Source: Eledone cirrhosa (lineage: Eukaryota). Taken from it: DNA of 64,000 nt. Within the stretch, counting starts at the first letter, position 1, and every line of letters begins with the position of its first letter. The position numbers and the translations under genes are program-made. The notes beneath the pieces were generated by a model. That model searched no databases. It saw only the letters and a list, made by a program, of their open reading frames with translations, and had not been told where the DNA came from. The stretch lies in the NCBI GenBank assembly GCA_964016885.1, contig OZ024746.1, positions 99,138,001 through 99,202,000 on the forward strand, in the 5' to 3' direction. Shown piece after piece: positions 56,990 through 64,000 of the stretch.

Positions 56990-57212
56990 TCGACAGTCGA
57001 TCGACTTTCGTCAAATCGGACCGAGGAAACAATGTTTCCGTTAGTCTTTCCAATTGCTAATACTATCTATCAGTCGCAACTCCAGGTAGAAGGAGCAACG
57101 TGAAATAAAGTGTCTTGCTCAAGGATATAACGCATCACCCGGTCTGGGAATCGAACTCACAACCTCACGATTGCGAATCCAATTCTCTAACCACTCAACC
57201 ACGCGTCTTCAC
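56990..57212 (-). mobile_element. tRNA-SINE, second family
   Basis: Minus strand gtggttgagtggttaga (A-box), gagttcgattccc (B-box), ccttgagcaagacactttatttcacgttgctcc core. Confidence 0.8.
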
Positions 57213-58373
57213 TATATTACGGTTAATTATTATATAGAAATAATTAACCGGGATTTGAACTCAGAACGTAAAGGTCCATAACACTATGCTTTGCAGCATA
57301 GTGTCCGATGCTCTACCCGTTCTGCCAATCAGCCGCCTTTTTATAGAATTACGGTTGATTATTTTATCTAATCTAATCTGGCCGAGTTTACACTCGCAAA
57401 TAAGAAGAACCAGAGCCGCCCCTAGGAGCAGTGGATTTGGTGTACTTCATATTTGTTTCGGTTGCTGAATATAATCAGGGGTCGCTGCTTCTCCTGAAGG
57501 TCAATAGTTCTCTTCTAACTCGAGTAGGAGCGTCTTTCCATTGTCAATTTGCATTGATCATCTGCAAAGCCGCGTTGTTCTCACAACCACTACACCAGTC
57601 TTTCGATGTGTGCAGCTGGAACTGCTGCCACCCATTGATTTGGCAGGATGTTTCTTTTCTTTTAGATGGCCGTTGACTCTTATGAGTTCTTCCGCCCTTT
57701 GTCAGGTTTTGTTTTTTGTCCTGCAGGTTTTTTGTCCTGCAGGTTTTGTTTTTTGTCCTGCTGGCTGTTCCGTTGATAGTATCCACTGGAACACTCGTCG
57801 TTGTAATCGTCGGAGTGCCACAGACTAATGTTATGATGAATTGTGGAGAACCTTACTGATAAGGACGCCACATGAGGCCAGCTATGAAAGAAATGCCAGC
57901 AATGCCAAAGCAACAGGAGACTGAAGACCAAGGCTTCCGTATTTAAAGTGCTAGAGGGCTTGTTTATTTACATCTTCAATCCACTATTTCTAACTTACAT
58001 TGTACTGTCGTAATGGCTATTCGAAAACAATTCTACCTAACTCTTATATAGCTTAATTGTTATAAATTAAGGTTTTGTCTTTCGTCTTTTACTCAGCTGG
58101 ACAGCGTTTGGGTTGTGTCAGATGCTGTGACCCCGGGTGGAACAGCTGTACCGTTGGTAGGGGACGAAACTGCCAAAGTCCATTTCAACGGCCGATGACC
58201 CTGGAGCTCTGTGTCTCTGTGTCTTTTGTTTGTATTTTTACTTTAAAAAAGCAACTATTTTTTAAAGGTTCTTTTAAAAAATTGTTTTCGTTTTGCCTTG
58301 TTTTCGTTGGTTGTCTTGTCCTCTTTTTTGTTAATTTTCTGAAGTTTATAATATATATATATTTCTCATTCTT

Positions 58374-58409
58374 TCTTCTGATGAAGGACTAGCGTCCGAA
58401 ACGTTAAGA
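58374..58409 (+). ncRNA. Hammerhead ribozyme, family B
   Basis: tctt-CTGATGA-a-ggac-tagc-gtcc-GAAACGTT-aaga; ~90-bp tail then (CA)n. Confidence 0.75.
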
Positions 58410-58741
58410 CCCTCTTCCTGCTATATCAAGCGTTAACCTAATATATCCCTTCCATATACTGTGCCGATTGTGTTGTTATTTCTGTTTACCTTTTACACAC
58501 ACACACTCACACACACACACACACACACACATACACACACCCACACACACACACACCCACACATACACACACATATATATATACATATACAGCGGCACGT
58601 AAAGCAAATTCAAGTCTATATTGAATAAAAGAATTAAAAACCACACGCGTTATAGCGTTATAGCGTTATAGCGCTGGAATATTTCATATGTTTTCAAGAA
58701 GCGTTAAAGCGAAATCGTTTTATTTGAAGTTCGCGAACTGA

Positions 58742-58801
<60 letters not shown>

Positions 58802-58823
58802 GTATATATATATATATATATAC

Positions 58824-58856
<33 letters not shown>

Positions 58857-58857
58857 C

Positions 58858-58937
<80 letters not shown>

Positions 58938-58959
58938 GTATATATATATATATATATAC

Positions 58960-58992
<33 letters not shown>

Positions 58993-58993
58993 C

Positions 58994-59128
<135 letters not shown>

Positions 59129-59132
59129 TATG

Positions 59133-59377
<245 letters not shown>

Positions 59378-59409
59378 AGATCAAAAGATGGTTAAAGGAG
59401 TTCCATGTA

Positions 59410-59476
59410 TTTTATTATGCGCATTTCAAAAACAAACATCATCATGCAATAATATTTGTGTTTTCATCAGATAAAA
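59410..59476 (-). ncRNA. Type-I hammerhead ribozyme, family C (left arm)
   Basis: Reverse complement of 59660-59726. Confidence 0.8.
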
Positions 59477-59659
59477 CAGGAGAACATGATATGAAGGCTA
59501 AAAAACACCTGTGGATAGTGCAGCCTTAAATCAACATATGAAAAGTGGTTTTAGATTGTGGTTTAGAAAGTGGTTTTCAATCTAAAACCACTTTTCATAT
59601 GTTGATTTAAGGCTGCACTATCCACAGGTGTTTTTTAGCCTTCATATCATGTTCTCCTG

Positions 59660-59726
59660 TTTTATCTGATGAAAACACAAATATTATTGCATGATGATGT
59701 TTGTTTTTGAAATGCGCATAATAAAA
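59660..59726 (+). ncRNA. Type-I hammerhead ribozyme, family C (right arm)
   Basis: ttttat-CTGATGA-aaacacaaatatt...gatgtttgttttt-GAA-ATGCGCAT-A-ataaaa; palindromic stem III, perfect stem I. Confidence 0.8.
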
Positions 59727-59849
59727 TACATGGAACTCCTTTAACCATCTTTTGATCTTATATTATGTATACTCCAGTCCTACAAATTGTAGAGTGCTTC
59801 TTATCCGATATCTGCATTGCTTTATTGTACTACAATAAAACTCACCTCC

Positions 59850-60050
<201 letters not shown>

Positions 60051-60087
60051 TAAATAAATGGAAACTATATTTATAAAACCATATTTA

Positions 60088-60144
60088 TTCTATTATATAT
60101 ATTTCAAGGGTACCAAAACTTTTGTACGCTCTCATCAGATAACA
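60088..60144 (-). ncRNA. Type-I hammerhead ribozyme, family A
   Basis: Inverted copy of 61004-61060. Confidence 0.7.
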
Positions 60145-61003
60145 TACAAAGTTTGTTTTATAAATATTGACATATCCAGGAAGATCTTAACGGTTCAACA
60201 TTTTCCTGGATAGTGAAAGGAAAGAAGGGAAAGAGAAGAAAAGTCAAATATTTCAAATTATTAAGTTGAGTATGCAAATGAGGTTGAGGTATAGGGCTGA
60301 AAAAAAAAAAGTTTTTTTTTAGACGCTATGTAGATTTAAATAATTATTAGTATGTATGTATGTGTAGGTAGAAGAAAGAGAAAGAAAGAAAAGCTTGTAT
60401 TTACGTGAATTTAAAAAGAATTAACAGTTTGTAGGAATGGTGGAATATGATTCCAGAATTTAAAAATATTATTTAGCTATATTATGAGTTATAATATTGT
60501 ATATATAATCAATTAGATTATATGAAGAATTATGGTTGTAAGTACATTTATCTTATTACATTACAACAGGTTGTAACTATATAAATATCTATATAGATTA
60601 ATAAGTGTACAAGTATAAGTATTATTGGTGATTTTATAGAAATAAACTACACGTATTAATTGTTTACATTTCCAATATGAGTTACGAAGGATGTTGATTT
60701 TAGATTTTACATAAATATTTAAGATAAATATTTAAGAAAAAGACGTTATACTTGCACAATTACAAACTTTTCTTTCTTTCTCTTTCTTCTACCTACACAT
60801 CTAATAATTATTTAAATCTACCTAGCGTCCACAAATAACGTTTTTTTTCAGCCCTATACCTCAACCTCATTTGCATACTCATCTTAATAATTTGAAATAT
60901 TTGACTTTTCTTCTCTTTCCCTTCTTTCCTTTCACTATCCAGGAAAAAGTTGAACCGTTAAGATCTTCCTGGATATGTCAATATTTATAAAACAAACTTT
61001 GTA

Positions 61004-61060
61004 TTTTATCTGATGAGAGCGTACCAAAGTGTTGGTACCCTTGAAATATATATAATAGAA
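61004..61060 (+). ncRNA. Type-I hammerhead ribozyme, family A
   Basis: ttttat-CTGATGA-gag(c)gtaccaa-agtg-ttggtac(c)ctt-GAA-ATATATAT-A-atagaa. Confidence 0.75.
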
Positions 61061-61198
61061 TAAATATGGTTTTATAAATATAGTTTCCATTTATTTAATA
61101 TCATTGTATATTATACTCCAGAAAAGCTGTCGAGTGCTTCGAATCAGTTATAAACATATATATTTGTTGAATTACCAACACATTAAATAGCCCTTTTG

Positions 61199-61249
<51 letters not shown>

Positions 61250-61327
61250 CCGATTTGACAAAAGTCGATCGTATATATATATATATATAAGCATAGGGAT
61301 ATTTAATTTGTTGGTAATTCAACAAAG

Positions 61328-61402
<75 letters not shown>

Positions 61403-61980
61403 GTGTGTGTGTGTGTGTGTGTGAACAAGCGATAGAAAGGAAAAGAATGCAAAACTACTTGAAGGATGAATAAATAAATACAATTTATCACCTGATGTAT
61501 GATTATTGCGACTGAAGTGTTTGACCCACAAATACAGCCTCTATTAGGTATAAACCATCCCACAACAGACAGGATGTCACCTGATAGCTTCACAGATTTT
61601 TTACCTTATAGGGCCATCAACTATACCTATATCAAATACATAAATCTTCCCTCTCCCCTATACCACCCTTTCTCCTACACCTCCTCCCCCTCCTCCTCCT
61701 CCTCCCTCTCCTCACAATTTCCTCCCCCTCCGCCTCCTCTCTTAGCCACACTCGCTGTCTAATGCTTTAGTCACGTAGATAATAATATAAACAGAAAACG
61801 ACCATAATTAAAAGCATTTAGGAATCTATGGATATGAACTAAAATATATACATCACTCTCTTCTCCCCCTCTCCTTCGATATATATCCCCCCCTCTCTCT
61901 CTCTGTCTATTACACTCTTTCTATCACACACGCACACACACACACACACACTCTCTCTCTTTATCTCTCTCTCTATATAT

Positions 61981-62020
<40 letters not shown>

Positions 62021-62100
62021 TCCTTTCTTTCTCTCTGTCTTTCTCTCTCTCTGTCTTTCTATCACACACATACACACACACACATATATATATATATATA

Positions 62101-62354
62101 TGTAGGAGGTGAGTTTTATTGTAGCACAATAAAGCAATGCAAATATCGGATAAGTAGCACTCAACAGTTTATAGGACTGGAGTATAAATAATATAAGATC
62201 AAAAGATGGTTAAAAAAGTTCCATGTATTTTATTATGCGCATTTCAAAACAAGTATCATCATCTGATGAGAACGCAAATATCATCCATGATGATACTTGT
62301 CTTTGAAATGCGCATAATAAAATACATGGAACTCTTTTAACCATCTTTTGATCT

Positions 62355-62362
<8 letters not shown>
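62101..62362. mobile_element. Second family-C element with inverted terminal duplication (arms 62188-62260, 62289-62362) and HHR core 62263-62322 (+)
   Basis: Tail 62101-62190 is a diverged reverse complement of 59762-59853; CTGATGA...GAA-ATGCGCAT-A-ataaaa. Confidence 0.8.
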
Positions 62363-62424
<62 letters not shown>

Positions 62425-62586
62425 AAAATTAAATTAAGGGTGTCATGTGTGAGAGACATGCGCCATATCCACTGTAGAATATGCTCCAAGATTCCAATGA
62501 ATAGATCCGAGCATTTTATATCAACTAGAAATTGATTGACATATATATATATCTCAAATAATATAATCTAAGAGTGACATTAGACG

Positions 62587-62638
<52 letters not shown>

Positions 62639-62759
62639 GCTGCTGCTACTCCTGCTGCTGCTGCTGCTGCTGCTACTCCTCCACAATTCTTTAAGTCAAC
62701 AATAATACTTTTGCGGTGTTGTCTGCGGAGTGCCGCCCCATTACCCTAGGACGCCCTAG

Positions 62760-62886
62760 GAGTTCAAATTCCGCCGAAGTTAACTTTCCCTTTCATCCTT
62801 ACGGGGTCGATAAATGCACTGAGGTCGATTTAATTGACTTTCCCACTCCCCTTCAATTGCTGGCCTTGTGCCTAAAGTAGAAACAA
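62760..62886 (+). mobile_element. 5'-truncated tRNA-SINE (main family)
   Basis: B-box to tail consensus. Confidence 0.8.
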
Positions 62887-63451
62887 CTATTTGTGTGTAG
62901 AATGGTTGGCTGCTTTATTAGTGTTAATGACAAATCCAAATTTATAAACATAATTAGTATTTATAATAGGAAGAGCTATAGACCCTCACTCGCTCCTCTC
63001 CCCCCTTTCTTCCGTAGCCTCATAGTTCTTGCTTTTCCCCTCCCTTTCCTTCCATTTATGTCATTTATAGTCCTTTCCTGTCTCCTACTTTCCTATACAG
63101 TCAGACCAGCCCTTCTTTACGCCCCTCCATGTTCCTTGCTTGGTTTCGTTTTTATCCTTCTGTTTTCCTTTTCTATCATATTCCATCATTATTTATACAA
63201 CTGTAAATTGATTTATTGTCTGTAATTCTATTGTAAAAATCAATACTTTTCTTGATTTAAAAAAAAAATCTTATATTAGTTATGACTCTATGTTTTGAAT
63301 TCAAATCCCGAATAAACCAACTTTCGCTTACAGCCTTCAGGTTTTGTACTTGGTTTGATTAACACTTTTGTATTTTAGAAAAGAATTTTACATCAACGAG
63401 TCTTTGAAACAATTCCTTGTTATTCTCTGTTTAAAATACAGTGACGTCAGA

Positions 63452-63617
63452 GGAGACTTCGGGTGTCCTTGACCCTAGGACCACTTCCCTACTCACCACC
63501 ATCGGCTTCTGGCATCGTTGGCCCTAGGAACCCATCCCTACTCACCACCATCGGCTTCTGGTATCCTTGGCCATAGTACCACCTCCCTACTTACCACCAT
63601 CAGCACAGAGTTGGCTA
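63452..63617 (+). mobile_element. CRE-like endonuclease fragment, 49-bp segment triplicated
   Basis: ETSGVL.PR.TSLLTTIG-coding unit repeated three times. Confidence 0.7.
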
Positions 63618-64000
63618 CCTGGCAGATCCGGAGGCGGAGCCTCAGGTAAACGCCGATTCGCAGGCTATGGTTGTCTAGCTGCGTGCCAGTGGAGAAGGAG
63701 GGCAGAGCATGGAGCCAGGCACCACTGTGGGGTGTGGAGGCCGCACGAAAACAAGCAAGGCGGTGCTGGTCGAGCTGGCGCGTGAGCCTGTCTGCGGCCA
63801 GGCTGCACTGGATGGCATCCCTTGTGCGTTGGGGGGACTTGACGTCAACAGGGGGAGAAGGAGGAGGGAGTCTACTGGGCTAAGTCCCAGCCAGTCCCAC
63901 GTCTCACAGGCGGCCTCACGTTCTCTGAACATAGAGGGTTCTGTTGTGTTTTGAAGAACCCTGCTGACGAGCCTGGACCTGATGGTGGATCGGATGGCCG
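63618..64000 (-). mobile_element. CRE-like LINE fragment (post-RT linker)
   Basis: Reverse frame [39 protein letters not shown]. Confidence 0.75.

Overview
This is repeat-saturated eukaryotic non-coding DNA. The dominant tRNA-derived SINE families and the (TA)n/(CA)n density suggest an octopod cephalopod, which is an inference. No intact host protein-coding gene can be supported: nearly all long ORFs are translations of micro- or minisatellites. The window holds >25 tRNA-SINE copies, decayed RTE-, CRE- and CR1/Jockey-type LINE fragments, a Naiad-type Penelope-like (PLE) RT pseudogene, a GIY-YIG remnant, hAT and pogo-type MITEs, a Helitron-like end and several large tandem arrays. The main hidden signal is about 18 type-I hammerhead ribozyme (HHR) motifs from at least six sequence families, found by eye on both strands. 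They lie in short non-coding modules, most abutting (TA)n or (CA)n tracts. They are arranged either as near-perfect palindromes or as unit-plus-terminal-direct-repeat structures, consistent with a microsatellite-targeted PLE/retrozyme-like system. A second signal is that two unrelated SINE families each have their 5' tRNA A-box segment amplified into a 21- or 40-copy tandem array. All structures were folded by eye; no activity is demonstrated.
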